Positions 25,491 through 35,381 of a stretch of DNA of 64,000 bases are shown here, piece after piece. Position 1 is the first letter of the stretch, and each line of letters opens with the position of its first letter. Source of the stretch: a virus; the IMG/VR virus record IMGVR_UViG_3300034107_001363, positions 9,296 through 73,295 of that record; one strand, written 5' to 3'. Both the position numbers and the translations under genes were made by a program. The notes below the pieces were generated by a model that was not told where the DNA came from, ran no database searches, and saw only the letters and a program-made list of their open reading frames with translations.

Positions 25491-25536
25491 GCTTTATGAA
25501 TCCGGGCGTTCCGCCAGTGACTAAAACAAAATCACC

Positions 25537-25866
25537 ATGACTCCCGCCAGCACCCCCCTGCCGATCTACAAAGGCGCCAAGTTTGAACACACGCTGACTT
25601 TTTACGAAAGCGACAGCGATACGGTGATCAACCTAACTGGGCTTGGCACGTTCTCGGCTGCAATCAGCCACGCGGCAAGGGACGAGGTACTGGTGGTGCC
25701 TACCGTCACTGTTACCAACGCTGCAGGAGGAACAATGGTAATCACCGCCACTCCTGCCCAAACCGACAGCTTAAAACTAGGCACTGTCCGATTCGGATTG
25801 CAAGATGGCCAAGGTAATCCTTACTTGGCTTCGGTCTGCCCGGTCTTGTTCTTCTCTCACTCTTGA
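25537..25866 (+). CDS. Fibre adaptor / Ig-like virion protein
   Basis: IYKGAKFEHTLTF...INLTG...ITATPAQT pattern preceding a fibre gene. Confidence 0.7.
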   Translation: MTPASTPLPIYKGAKFEHTLTFYESDSDTVINLTGLGTFSAAISHAARDEVLVVPTVTVTNAAGGTMVITATPAQTDSLKLGTVRFGLQDGQGNPYLASVCPVLFFSHS

Positions 25867-25868
25867 TC

Positions 25869-27659
25869 ATGTCGAACACCATCATCCGCATCGACGCTGC
25901 TCCCATTCGGATGAATGTGTCGGCGGCGCAAGGCCCGGGAGGTCTTCCGGGTATTCCGGGGCCAAACTCGGTCACCTCAGCCACGGCGAGCAACAGCACT
26001 GCCGATCTCGACCTGCTCAACGTGGAAACGGTCACCGCGACCGTCAGCGGCACGCTCACTGCTAATCACATTCATGGTAATCTGGCTGGGAGTGTCTATG
26101 CACACATTCGTGCTGGAGAAGCTTTGACCAAAGGTGATCCGGTGTATGTTTCCGGCTTCCATCCCGGTTCATCGACAGCCGAGGTCATGAAGGCTGATGC
26201 GAGCAACGCGGCAAAGATGCCCGCCATCGGCATCATGGATGCAAATGTGGCCCACAACAATACAGGGCACATGGTCATTGTCGGTAACGTCATCGACATC
26301 GACACCTCCACCTTCTCAGTCAACGCCGAACTCTACGTCAAAGCAGGTGGAGGGCTTACGGGGACACCTCCAACGGCACGAGCGCAACCGGTGGCCCGCG
26401 TTGAAAGGGTCAACCTGAACAACGGGGCCATCATCGTCAAAGTCAACGGGCTGTCGGCATCGGACGCGACGGCGAACACGCTGGTGCGGCGGGATTCAAG
26501 TGGCGGGGCTCAGTTTTCAGACCTTGTGGCTACAACGTCTTTTGACGCTGGAATGTTTGCTGTTGACTCACTGGTAGGCAGCACCTTTGAGGCTGGCTCT
26601 AGCATAGCATTTAACTCAACCACCTACACCTACGGCACCGGAGCCGCCTCCGCGCACCGAATCGCCCTCGGCGGGGTTGGCGACAGCAGCACCGGCACGG
26701 CGCTGTTTGGGGCGGCTGATGTAACGGCTGCTCTAACGACTCTCGGCGGCGGTAACGCAGCAACCGGAACGGGAGCGATTGTGCGGGCAACTTCGCCGAC
26801 GCTGGTGACGCCTAACATTGGAGCGGCCACAGGACAGAGTCTAACCCTAACCGGTGATATAATCATTCCGAACGCCTCCTCTTTTAGAGGAGTTGAGAGT
26901 AGAAACTCTATCATTCCGAACATTGGAGGCTCCCTTACAGTTAGTGGTTTCCTCGGAATTGCTTTCAGGACCGGAGCGACACCAACAGTCAGAGGTAGCA
27001 TTTCATCCACAGGTTGCCTAATTCTAGGATCAAATCCGGATACTGGGGTAGGTGGCGTTTCCGCGACAACCGTCACCGCCAGCGGCACCCTCGCTGTCAC
27101 CGGAGCCAGCACGTTGACGGGGGGCGCGACATTCGGCGGGGGCACGCAGCAGGCAGCAACCCGCTTCGCCCTAGGCGCGACCACGACCGGCACCGGGCTG
27201 TTCACAGCAGTAGATCCGGGAGCGGCGAGGACGGTCCTCGGTGCAACCACAACCGGAACGTCCGTGTTTACCGCAGCCAGCGCATCAGACGCCCGCATTG
27301 CGCTGGGTGGGGTTGGCGACAGCAGCACTGGAACGGCACTTTTTGGTGCAGCGACGGTGCCAGCGGCGAACACGATCCTAGCGAACAACATCGTCGAGAA
27401 GAACGCCGACTTCACGCTCGCGCAGACCGACGCCGGAACCTACATGCGGCTGACCAAAACCGGCAGCACGCAGCAGATCACGCTACCGGTATCAGGCATC
27501 TCGGCGGGCGCGGAATTCCAGTTCTACCGCATCACGACCCAAGCCCTTGCGTTCGCTGGCAGCGCGACCGTGAACGGCGCGGCGAACCTCGCGAGCGTCC
27601 CGACCAACGGCGCGTTCGCCCTGAAACACATCTCAAGCGGCACCTACGATTTCATCTGA
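25869..27659 (+). CDS. Tail/head fibre protein
   Basis: Short collagen-like GPGGLPGIPGP, GEALTKGDPVYVSG domain, AARTVLGATTTG repeats. Confidence 0.85.
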   Translation: MSNTIIRIDAAPIRMNVSAAQGPGGLPGIPGPNSVTSATASNSTADLDLLNVETVTATVSGTLTANHIHGNLAGSVYAHIRAGEALTKGDPVYVSGFHPGSSTAEVMKADASNAAKMPAIGIMDANVAHNNTGHMVIVGNVIDIDTSTFSVNAELYVKAGGGLTGTPPTARAQPVARVERVNLNNGAIIVKVNGLSASDATANTLVRRDSSGGAQFSDLVATTSFDAGMFAVDSLVGSTFEAGSSIAFNSTTYTYGTGAASAHRIALGGVGDSSTGTALFGAADVTAALTTLGGGNAATGTGAIVRATSPTLVTPNIGAATGQSLTLTGDIIIPNASSFRGVESRNSIIPNIGGSLTVSGFLGIAFRTGATPTVRGSISSTGCLILGSNPDTGVGGVSATTVTASGTLAVTGASTLTGGATFGGGTQQAATRFALGATTTGTGLFTAVDPGAARTVLGATTTGTSVFTAASASDARIALGGVGDSSTGTALFGAATVPAANTILANNIVEKNADFTLAQTDAGTYMRLTKTGSTQQITLPVSGISAGAEFQFYRITTQALAFAGSATVNGAANLASVPTNGAFALKHISSGTYDFI

Positions 27660-29029
27660 TGTCCTCATTGCTTTCAATCATGTCGGCGGGCCGCAAACGA
27701 AACCTACTCGGTGGGTTGGTCGATTGGTGGGATTCAGGCCTGACCAACGGGCAGCATTCGGGAATTGCGTTCACGAATGCGAGCTACAGTTTGACCACTG
27801 ACCCTTTCGGGGGCAGCCTTGCTTACTACGCGGTTGCCGGGAGTGATACATTTCGTCCCGGACTACCCACGGCTATTTCGGCCCAGAATCCGTGGACGGT
27901 TGCTTGCGTTTTCTACAGAGGTGCAGGGGTTGGAATCTACGCCCTCGCACAGTCCGGTGGCACCTCACCAGCCGTTCTCCCCCAACCTGATGGGTCGGTA
28001 TTCGTTCAAAGTTGGTTTGAACAGGCTGGACTAGGCACGATTATGCCCGCAGGAACAGTCTCTACGGGATGGCATTCTTTCGTGACAAGCTATGCCAGCG
28101 GAGTGGTTAACTTCTATTTGGATGGGGTGCTCCGCGCTACCAGATCGGTTTCACACACCACCTCAACTTGGCAGCCAGCATTCGTCTACTTCTTCAGGTT
28201 AGGAACTGAAGCTCGATGCGCCGTCGGCGCTATCGCAACCCGAGCTTGGTCGTTGGGAGATGCCATTTCGTTCCACAATTCCGGCAGCTTCAAAAGGTAT
28301 CGGGATTTTTCCGGCTTTGAACCGGAGACCAACGTCTACCTTGCCAGAATTGTCGCGGCAGGCAGTTCGATCAGTTCTGGCAATTTGGGTGCGGTCAATA
28401 CATTCATCGCCGGATGCAAGGCGGATGGAATCTGGAACGCGATCAAGGCAAGCTGTCTGCTTGCCGGTGCCGACACTCTGGCGGGGGCGCTGATTCCGCT
28501 AGTTGGTCCAGTCCCGACGAATGGCGGCGGACTGTTTGTCTCTGGCGACTATTCAAGGACGACAGGATTACTGGGTGGAGGGGGACGACGGATTATCACC
28601 AATAGAGTGAACAGCGCGGACCTGCAAGACGACTGCCACGCAGCGATTTGGGTCACGGAAACAGGGTCGGGAACAACCGTTGGCCTTATTGGATCGAACA
28701 GCAATACCGGCGTCGCACAGCGTCGAATTTATCGGACCTCTACCGCTTGCAATGATATTTCTGGTAGTGCATACTCCGCTCCTGCCTCAGGGCTAATCGG
28801 AATAAGCCGATCGTCGCCAAGTAGCTATATTCGCCGCTCCAGCAATTCCGATGCGACGTTAAACGTTGCTTCTACAGGAAACCCCAGTTTTAACATTGCA
28901 ATTTTTGCTCGCGACTTCCTCGGCGCGAGCAGTTGGGGTGGGCGTGCGTCTTTTTACTCCCTCGGCGGAAACCTCAACCTCGCTTTGCTCGACGCTCGCC
29001 TCGCAACCTACATGTCATCCCTGACCTAA
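27659..29029 (+). CDS. LamG/ConA-like domain virion protein
   Basis: Start at ATG 27659 (TGATG overlap); WHSFVTSY...FYLDGVL LamG motif; second domain NTFIAGCKADGIW. Confidence 0.8.
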   Translation: MSSLLSIMSAGRKRNLLGGLVDWWDSGLTNGQHSGIAFTNASYSLTTDPFGGSLAYYAVAGSDTFRPGLPTAISAQNPWTVACVFYRGAGVGIYALAQSGGTSPAVLPQPDGSVFVQSWFEQAGLGTIMPAGTVSTGWHSFVTSYASGVVNFYLDGVLRATRSVSHTTSTWQPAFVYFFRLGTEARCAVGAIATRAWSLGDAISFHNSGSFKRYRDFSGFEPETNVYLARIVAAGSSISSGNLGAVNTFIAGCKADGIWNAIKASCLLAGADTLAGALIPLVGPVPTNGGGLFVSGDYSRTTGLLGGGGRRIITNRVNSADLQDDCHAAIWVTETGSGTTVGLIGSNSNTGVAQRRIYRTSTACNDISGSAYSAPASGLIGISRSSPSSYIRRSSNSDATLNVASTGNPSFNIAIFARDFLGASSWGGRASFYSLGGNLNLALLDARLATYMSSLT

Positions 29030-29033
29030 TCCC

Positions 29034-29480
29034 ATGTCCCTACTCACCCCAACCGAATCCGTCACCGCCCGCATCGCCGCCGATGCTGGCGCTCTCGCCG
29101 CACATCTGCGAAACGCCATCGTGCTCGCGAACCGCATCACCGGCCACGCGCTCGACCTGCCGACTGCCGAGTTGAACGAGTGGCTGAACGCCCGACCGAT
29201 GGAGCAGCGATACGAAGAGTTCACCGCGCACGGCGTGACGGGCGACGCGCTCAACGAAGCAGCCTTCAACAGCGAGGTCGCAACGGGCGCACTGAACCAC
29301 AGCCTCGGACGCGTGGACACCCGCAGCGTCCTCGACAAGCTCCTCGATCAGGGTCGCACGCTCGACATCGTCAATGGCGCGTTCGTGGTGGCAGACATCC
29401 CGGAGGAAGAACCTGAACCTGAACCCGAGCCTGAGCCGCAGCCTGAGCCTGAACCGGAGCCTGAACCGGAGATTGAATGA
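29034..29480 (+). CDS. Fibre-associated protein with (PE)n tail
   Basis: 148 aa ending in Pro-Glu repeats. Confidence 0.75.
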   Translation: MSLLTPTESVTARIAADAGALAAHLRNAIVLANRITGHALDLPTAELNEWLNARPMEQRYEEFTAHGVTGDALNEAAFNSEVATGALNHSLGRVDTRSVLDKLLDQGRTLDIVNGAFVVADIPEEEPEPEPEPEPQPEPEPEPEPEIE

Positions 29481-29677
29481 CCCAAGACTTTATCGCGGAC
29501 GCCTGTGACGCGCTTGTCCAAGGAAAACAGGCATTCTTGATTATTGTCTTTACTGAAGACTCGTCGATTGTCCACTCCTCCCTCGATGAGAAACACCCTT
29601 CCGTTCTTCACGACTGGATGACCAGCGGGCATTGGAACCTGATTCTGCAAGAACACCTCGACAGCCTCGGCTCATGA
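29477..29677 (+). CDS. Hypothetical protein
   Basis: 66 aa with ATGA overlaps on both sides. Confidence 0.65.
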   Translation: MTQDFIADACDALVQGKQAFLIIVFTEDSSIVHSSLDEKHPSVLHDWMTSGHWNLILQEHLDSLGS

Positions 29678-30285
29678 AAACTCCTCAGGCATCCCGTGAA
29701 ACCGTGTTGGAATTGGCCCGTGAAGAATGGGCGCGTTCAGGCCCGGACCTGCCATTCCCGTTGTATGTCATTGTTGCCTTTCGGGGATATTGGCCGCAGT
29801 CGATGGGTCCGACTCCCGGAAACGACCCCAGCGTGTGGGATGACGCGTGGTATTTCATCGCTCCCGGCAAATTGAGGAAGACTGATGCCAATACCGACCC
29901 GAGTCGGTATGGTTGGAACTCCGGGACAGACAAGCCAATGGCCGTGCTCAACACCGGCTGCTGGCCTTTCCGCAGGGGGCCGCACAAGGGCCGCACTCCG
30001 GCGCTGCGTCAGTTCACCGAGCAGGAAGCCCGCAAGGCCAAGGTGCCTGACGACGGGCGCTTCAGCGTGACGCGGACCTACAAGGTGGGTGATCCACGAA
30101 ACTACGTTGAGGGCGGATACTACGCGATTAACTGCCATCCGGGCGGGATCAACGTAACGTCCTCCGAGGGCTGCCAGACTCTGCCTCGCGACGTTGCTGA
30201 CGACATCCTGTGGGACATCTGGAAAACAACCGAGCGGGCCGGAGTGGACGTGATTTGGTACATCCTGATTGAAGGCCCGATTTAG
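29674..30285 (+). CDS. Putative endolysin with YkuD/L,D-peptidase-like catalytic motif
   Basis: DDA...NTDPS...ALRQ...INCHPGGINVTSSEGCQT (His...S-x-G-C). Confidence 0.7.
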   Translation: MKTPQASRETVLELAREEWARSGPDLPFPLYVIVAFRGYWPQSMGPTPGNDPSVWDDAWYFIAPGKLRKTDANTDPSRYGWNSGTDKPMAVLNTGCWPFRRGPHKGRTPALRQFTEQEARKAKVPDDGRFSVTRTYKVGDPRNYVEGGYYAINCHPGGINVTSSEGCQTLPRDVADDILWDIWKTTERAGVDVIWYILIEGPI

Positions 30286-30305
30286 TCAGGCTAAAACGAG
30301 AAGTC

Positions 30306-30333
30306 TTGATAGTTCCCCAAGTTTTACTACTCT
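30306..30333 (+). promoter_or_regulatory. Sigma70-like promoter, leaderless
   Basis: TTGATA-16 nt-TACTCT, then 6 nt to ATG 30340. Confidence 0.5.
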
Positions 30334-30339
30334 CCTGCA

Positions 30340-33300
30340 ATGGCCAAGGCATTACCTGATCCCTCTCCTGAACGGTTCCCGGTCCTCAGTTTCGAGGGGA
30401 TCGGCGCCGATCTGTTCTTTTGGGAAAAGGTCGACCTTAAGATGCGGCGCAATCGGGACGCTGCAATTGGAACCCCTCATTGGGACATTGTCCTCTATCC
30501 CAACCACAAGTTGGTACACAAAACCCCGCTCGATGCGGCAGGTCAATGGTACAAGTTCTTCTACGCTGCTGACAGGGAAAATCAGGACGATTACAACTGG
30601 CAGTTTGATGGCAGTTCCTTGACCCGGACCTACGTGCTGCCCCGGGAGGCCTACTTGCAGAACATTGGCACGCTCTACGGGGCTGAGGCACGGGCCGCCA
30701 CGGTTGGGGTGGCTGATGAGGTGTTCGGCCTTTACGGTTTCACCCATGAGGAAGTTCAGCGGGCTCCCAAGGAGCTGGAATCGCTTTACGTCATTCTGAC
30801 CCGGGTGTTCCAGCAGATTACCAAGACCAAGCAGTTTTTTGACAATGAACTGGGAGTGAAAGTGCTTGAAACCACCCAAATCGTAGCACGCGGCAGCATG
30901 GCCGCTTCTTCTGCGGCGGGTCTGGTGGTCGAGATCAATCCGGTCAACCAGTTCTACGACATCAAGGTAACTCAAGCGGTTGGAACAATCACGCTGTCGG
31001 CAGGCGTTCCTGTGGTGACCCCGCTGGCCTACCCTTTTAAGCGTGATTCGTTGCCATCGGATTCGAGCTATCAGTTTCCACCGCTCTTGCGGAACGTCTC
31101 GATTGAAGCCGCGTGGGCCTACGCTGATTCTGCCACTGCTGCTCGGGCTTACGACGAAGCTTGGTATTTCAAATATGAATTGATCGAACCGGCGCCGGGG
31201 CCTTACGAAGCTCGCATCTTGCGTTATCTCACTGGAGATCCTGACGAGTTGTCTACCCAGTTCACCGTCGACACTCCACCTGCTACCCCGCGTGAAGTCA
31301 TCGGCATTGCAGGCTGGTGGTTCCACGCTTCGACCAAGGGCAACAGCGCCTTCGCTGAGGCTCGCGAGGAAGTAATCCCCTCGTCGATCCACGAGCGGCT
31401 TGAAATTGATGTGAATGGCATTGTGGCGCTCAGCAACCGGCTTTCCACGACCGTGCTCGAAGAGACTCCCGGCTTTGAGGAGTTTTCCACGCGCCGTTCG
31501 ATGATCATTGGCTACGAACCCCGGATCACGCGCTACGGCCTCTACGAAATCAGGATCATTGAACTCAACACCACTGGTCTTTACGGAGGAGTCAAAGTGC
31601 CAATGGGGTCAGTGGAAGGAGATGGAGGCTCAACTGGTGCCTCAATTCCCGGCAATACCCTCAAGCCGGAGGCTCCGGTGGCCATGATTAGCGCCGACAA
31701 CCTGACCGTTTCAGGCACCACCTATTCTAATGGGGCCGTGACAGTGATTGAGACGTCAACAGGAACTGTGGTTGGCCGAGTGACTGCTGACATCAACGGG
31801 GACTACTCGCTTCTTCTGACTGCCGAATACCTCGACCCGGTTGGATTGACCGTGATAGTTCGTTACAACGGTCAGACCAGCTACTCTACTACACTGACCA
31901 CCTACGATTTGACCCCGTTTGCTCCTCTGGCATCGATTGATTCAGGTGGCACTACCGTGACGGGAATTACCGAGCCCGGTGCCACTGTAAGCATTCTTCT
32001 TAAAAGAGCGCAAGTTGAGTCCATCGTTACGATTGGTGCTGCTACTAGCACTGCCGACGTGATTGTCACCGTGTCAGGAATGGATATTATTGGCAGCCCG
32101 CTAGCCATTAATGTCCCTGTAACTTCCGGTGATTCAGATGTGGTTGTTGCTGACGCAATTAAATCGAGTATTGGAATGACTACCGCCATCACCGATTTCT
32201 ATACGGTCGGAGGATCTGGCACCACGATTACCTTGACGGAGATTTCTCCCAATGGCGATGACAACACTCTTAACATCGCAATCGACGGAACCACCAATGC
32301 GACCGGAATTTCGGATGTCCCGACGTCCACTGACGACACTCCCGGATTGGTCGATTCATTTTCTTCTACCGCTAATGGCAGCGGGAATTTCAGCTATACT
32401 TTTTCTCCGACCTTGTTGAATGAGGACATTCTGGAAATCACTGCCACTGATAACGGTGGGACAAGCCCCGTGACGACCGTAAGATTTGATGGCGATCCGC
32501 CGACCATCACAAGTGCAACGTTTCTTACTGCAACTAGCATTACCGGCGTTTGCACTCCTTTGAGTATTGTTCGAGCCTACCTTGTTGATGGTACCGAAAT
32601 TGGCAATAATACGGCGGGGTTTTCAGGATCGTTTGCTATCACCTTGTCCGTTAGCCGGATTCGCGGCGAGGTTGTGCGACTGGTGGCGGAAGATCCAAGC
32701 GACCCAGCCAATCGCAGCGGGGTAACAACCATCACTGCGCCTGATTTGAACTTGGCGATTCCTGTTCTTACTTATACTTCGGCTGGCTGGATTGGAACAA
32801 AGCCAATTGGATCGACCAGCATTGTTTATCGAATTGCAACCCTTGCCTTAGCTGAAGTGGTGGTCACTCCATTTGCCAATGGTAATTTCGCCTTCAACCT
32901 GCCGACCTACGGAGGAGAGCGCTATCAAGTGGTTGCTCGCTATGCTAGTGGTGACTCCGACCCGGTTTACATCAATGCTCAAGACATTCCGCTCGCTCCG
33001 ATTAAAACGGCTTTTATTGCCAGTGGTGCTTTTCCAAATAATTGGCTCGATGGCGCCCCGGGTGGCAGTTACGCTCACGTTAATGGATATTATGGCGCTA
33101 TCTACAAAAGTGGTTACTCTAACTGGCTAATTGACGCCGTTAAGCCTGGCGACAACGGAATCTTTTTTTACGTTCCTTACCAAGCAGGGATGACGGTCCA
33201 GTTTACTTTCCCCGGTCAGGCCCTTAATACTGTCAACCATTCTCCGGGAGGCACCAACTTTGGCACTGACTACCGCTACAAAATCGGGGTTTCGCCTCTT

Positions 33301-33441
33301 AATACTAGTCCGTTGACCACTACCGTCTTGCCGACCTTGATGAACATTGTTGCCACCTATCCAGACGGGCGAACGGTTTCAGCATTTTTTGACCGGGCCG
33401 TTCTTAACTATAAATACCTTAACTCTTTTTTGATTCAGTGA
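30340..33441 (+). CDS. Large tail protein with tandem Ig-like domains
   Basis: 1033 aa; repeated TVSGT/TVTGITEPGATV/ITGVCTP...GNFS Big-like units in the C-terminal half. Confidence 0.8.
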   Translation: MAKALPDPSPERFPVLSFEGIGADLFFWEKVDLKMRRNRDAAIGTPHWDIVLYPNHKLVHKTPLDAAGQWYKFFYAADRENQDDYNWQFDGSSLTRTYVLPREAYLQNIGTLYGAEARAATVGVADEVFGLYGFTHEEVQRAPKELESLYVILTRVFQQITKTKQFFDNELGVKVLETTQIVARGSMAASSAAGLVVEINPVNQFYDIKVTQAVGTITLSAGVPVVTPLAYPFKRDSLPSDSSYQFPPLLRNVSIEAAWAYADSATAARAYDEAWYFKYELIEPAPGPYEARILRYLTGDPDELSTQFTVDTPPATPREVIGIAGWWFHASTKGNSAFAEAREEVIPSSIHERLEIDVNGIVALSNRLSTTVLEETPGFEEFSTRRSMIIGYEPRITRYGLYEIRIIELNTTGLYGGVKVPMGSVEGDGGSTGASIPGNTLKPEAPVAMISADNLTVSGTTYSNGAVTVIETSTGTVVGRVTADINGDYSLLLTAEYLDPVGLTVIVRYNGQTSYSTTLTTYDLTPFAPLASIDSGGTTVTGITEPGATVSILLKRAQVESIVTIGAATSTADVIVTVSGMDIIGSPLAINVPVTSGDSDVVVADAIKSSIGMTTAITDFYTVGGSGTTITLTEISPNGDDNTLNIAIDGTTNATGISDVPTSTDDTPGLVDSFSSTANGSGNFSYTFSPTLLNEDILEITATDNGGTSPVTTVRFDGDPPTITSATFLTATSITGVCTPLSIVRAYLVDGTEIGNNTAGFSGSFAITLSVSRIRGEVVRLVAEDPSDPANRSGVTTITAPDLNLAIPVLTYTSAGWIGTKPIGSTSIVYRIATLALAEVVVTPFANGNFAFNLPTYGGERYQVVARYASGDSDPVYINAQDIPLAPIKTAFIASGAFPNNWLDGAPGGSYAHVNGYYGAIYKSGYSNWLIDAVKPGDNGIFFYVPYQAGMTVQFTFPGQALNTVNHSPGGTNFGTDYRYKIGVSPLNTSPLTTTVLPTLMNIVATYPDGRTVSAFFDRAVLNYKYLNSFLIQ

Positions 33442-33737
33442 GCGAGCCTGTATTCCAGACTATAATTGTCCGGTCGTCTTCCTCGAGTTTGTTTCCGGGA
33501 GGATGGCCTCGTCTTGTCTCGCGTGATTCCCGCCCTAAAAGCGGAGGAAAAACCAAGAACGAAGCAGTTGGGGGTGACGGAACTTTGACGTTCATTGACT
33601 GCGATGGAGCCACTTTGGCAAGCATTGGCTGGCAACGAGGAGAAATTCAAAACAGTGGCAATCAAGTTGTTGAAGTGGGCAGTTGTCCCGAAGGAACAGG
33701 CACAGGCTCAGGCACAGGCTCAGAACCACCACCATGA
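33438..33737 (+). CDS. Small hypothetical protein
   Basis: 99 aa with 4-nt overlaps on both sides; Gly/Ser/Thr C-terminus. Confidence 0.65.
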   Translation: MSEPVFQTIIVRSSSSSLFPGGWPRLVSRDSRPKSGGKTKNEAVGGDGTLTFIDCDGATLASIGWQRGEIQNSGNQVVEVGSCPEGTGTGSGTGSEPPP

Positions 33738-34411
33738 TTCACACTGCCGTCATCATTCAAGATCCTGCTGGTTATTCCGAGCGATGCAGAGCTTTGAAGC
33801 AGGCTCATCCACACGCTTTTGCGGTTTCGCCAGAGGACAAGCCTCATGCTCACACCTTGTCGGTGGCCATTCCGGATGAATGGCTTCCGGCTGACCTGAC
33901 AATTTCCTTTAGTCGACGTTGCTGGCACCGTGCCCACACCTTGGGCCTTGCTGCCGTCCAAAAGCTCGCCATTGACGCTGACTACTATTGGTTCATCGAA
34001 TCGGATTGCGTTGCCTCACAGGAGCGCTGGAAAGCCTTGTTTGCTTCTCACGCCACAAACCCGGCCGATTGCGTCTCCAATCGATTTCGTTCCCGGGCTG
34101 AAACCAAAGACAACTTTTGGTGGACTCATCCCGGCACCCCTGACTGGGCGACCCATTTTTACGTCCCGGCTTGCCATCGATTGTCCCGACGGGCAGTCGA
34201 CGAACTAATCCGGACGGCCGAGGAGACTCGCGAGTGTTTTTGCGAACATGCGTTAGCCAGCACCATCGTCCGGGCTGGCTTGACGTTCTCAAACGCAAAC
34301 ATTCCAGTTACTCACTGGAACCGTCAAACCTACCGATTTTCTGCTGAGGCTGTAATCCCTAATCCAAACTTTCTTTGCCATCCGGTGAAGGAGAATAGTT
34401 TCGGTCCTTGA
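33734..34411 (+). CDS. Putative GT-A-fold glycosyltransferase-like protein
   Basis: ATG 33734; DYYWFIESDC (ExD), RLSRRAV, CEHALAS and C-terminal HPVK motifs. Confidence 0.6.
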   Translation: MIHTAVIIQDPAGYSERCRALKQAHPHAFAVSPEDKPHAHTLSVAIPDEWLPADLTISFSRRCWHRAHTLGLAAVQKLAIDADYYWFIESDCVASQERWKALFASHATNPADCVSNRFRSRAETKDNFWWTHPGTPDWATHFYVPACHRLSRRAVDELIRTAEETRECFCEHALASTIVRAGLTFSNANIPVTHWNRQTYRFSAEAVIPNPNFLCHPVKENSFGP

Positions 34412-34435
34412 AGTTTTCCTGATTGTCTTCATTAT
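34408..34435 (+). promoter_or_regulatory. Sigma70-like promoter, leaderless
   Basis: TTGAAG-16 nt-CATTAT, then 7 nt to ATG 34443. Confidence 0.45.
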
Positions 34436-34442
34436 CGTCCCA

Positions 34443-35378
34443 ATGGCCAAGCTCATGACCTACTCCCAAGCGATCAGCCGGTTTGCCAATTTGGCGACTA
34501 CCGGGATCGGCATCGAGGAAGCAATCCGTGAAGCGGTTGACCGAATTTACGAAATGGGTCGATGGCCGGGCACTACGGTTGAGGTTGAGTTAGCCGAGTC
34601 TGACTTCATCGCTGGGGAGAATGACCACGAGTGGTTTGTCTACTTCAACGAGGATACCTACGACGGGGCAATTGGCTTCCGTAATAACCACCGTGGCTGG
34701 TCAATTGTTGACCACTCCTCGCTCTATCGCGACGGGATTAATGCTGGCGACCGGGAGTTTGTGGACTATGGGACAGTTCAGTATGCAACTGGCAATCTCA
34801 CTTTCACGGGCGCTTTGACTAGCAATGGATCAACCGTTGTGACCATCCCGCTTTTAATCCCAACCACTAATGGCGACAACATCCAGACGTGGTCTGACAC
34901 CGGGGACTGGGACACTGCTGACTACGCCTACCACATTTCTGACGCCAATTCCAACAACCGTTACATTACTGCGGTTGGGGGAACGGTAAACTGGTCTTCT
35001 ACCAATGGTGGCACTACGTGGACTCCTGCTGGCTCTGCAACCGGTAGTCCAGTGCTGGAATTGGAATATGAAAGCCGAAGGAAATACCGCGCTCCACTAG
35101 GCTTCTGTCCGGATCAAGGCCCTTACTTTGCGCTGATGAAGCTGGAAGCTCCTGAACTCGAGGACGACACCATCATTCCAATTCATTCGGCTGGGGCACT
35201 CAAGACTGCCATCCTTGCGGTTTGCCAGGAGTATGTGAACGACGACGACCGAGCGATGCTCAATTGGCAGAAGTTCGATTCATTCATCACCAAGGCAGCC
35301 AAGCAGGTTGACGGGCCGAAGCGCTGGTCAATTGGAATGGATTCGTCGCTTCGCCGCAAACCAACCCAATTTCTCTGA
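34443..35378 (+). CDS. Putative head-tail adaptor / tail tubular protein
   Basis: Helical N-terminus (IREAVDRIYEMGRWPGT) and C-terminus (ALKTAILA) around a beta core; precedes the ejection-protein genes. Confidence 0.6.
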   Translation: MAKLMTYSQAISRFANLATTGIGIEEAIREAVDRIYEMGRWPGTTVEVELAESDFIAGENDHEWFVYFNEDTYDGAIGFRNNHRGWSIVDHSSLYRDGINAGDREFVDYGTVQYATGNLTFTGALTSNGSTVVTIPLLIPTTNGDNIQTWSDTGDWDTADYAYHISDANSNNRYITAVGGTVNWSSTNGGTTWTPAGSATGSPVLELEYESRRKYRAPLGFCPDQGPYFALMKLEAPELEDDTIIPIHSAGALKTAILAVCQEYVNDDDRAMLNWQKFDSFITKAAKQVDGPKRWSIGMDSSLRRKPTQFL

Positions 35379-35381
35379 ACC

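Noticed and set aside
27014-27658. 5' extension of ORF 27014..29029 suggesting a frameshift fusion
   Set aside because: The extension is Arg-rich off-frame sequence; a TGATG-coupled ATG at 27659 explains the gene and no slippery site was noticed
29408-29472. Hexamer tandem repeat (GAACCT/GAGCCT)
   Set aside because: Encodes an ordinary Pro-Glu tail with synonymous variation
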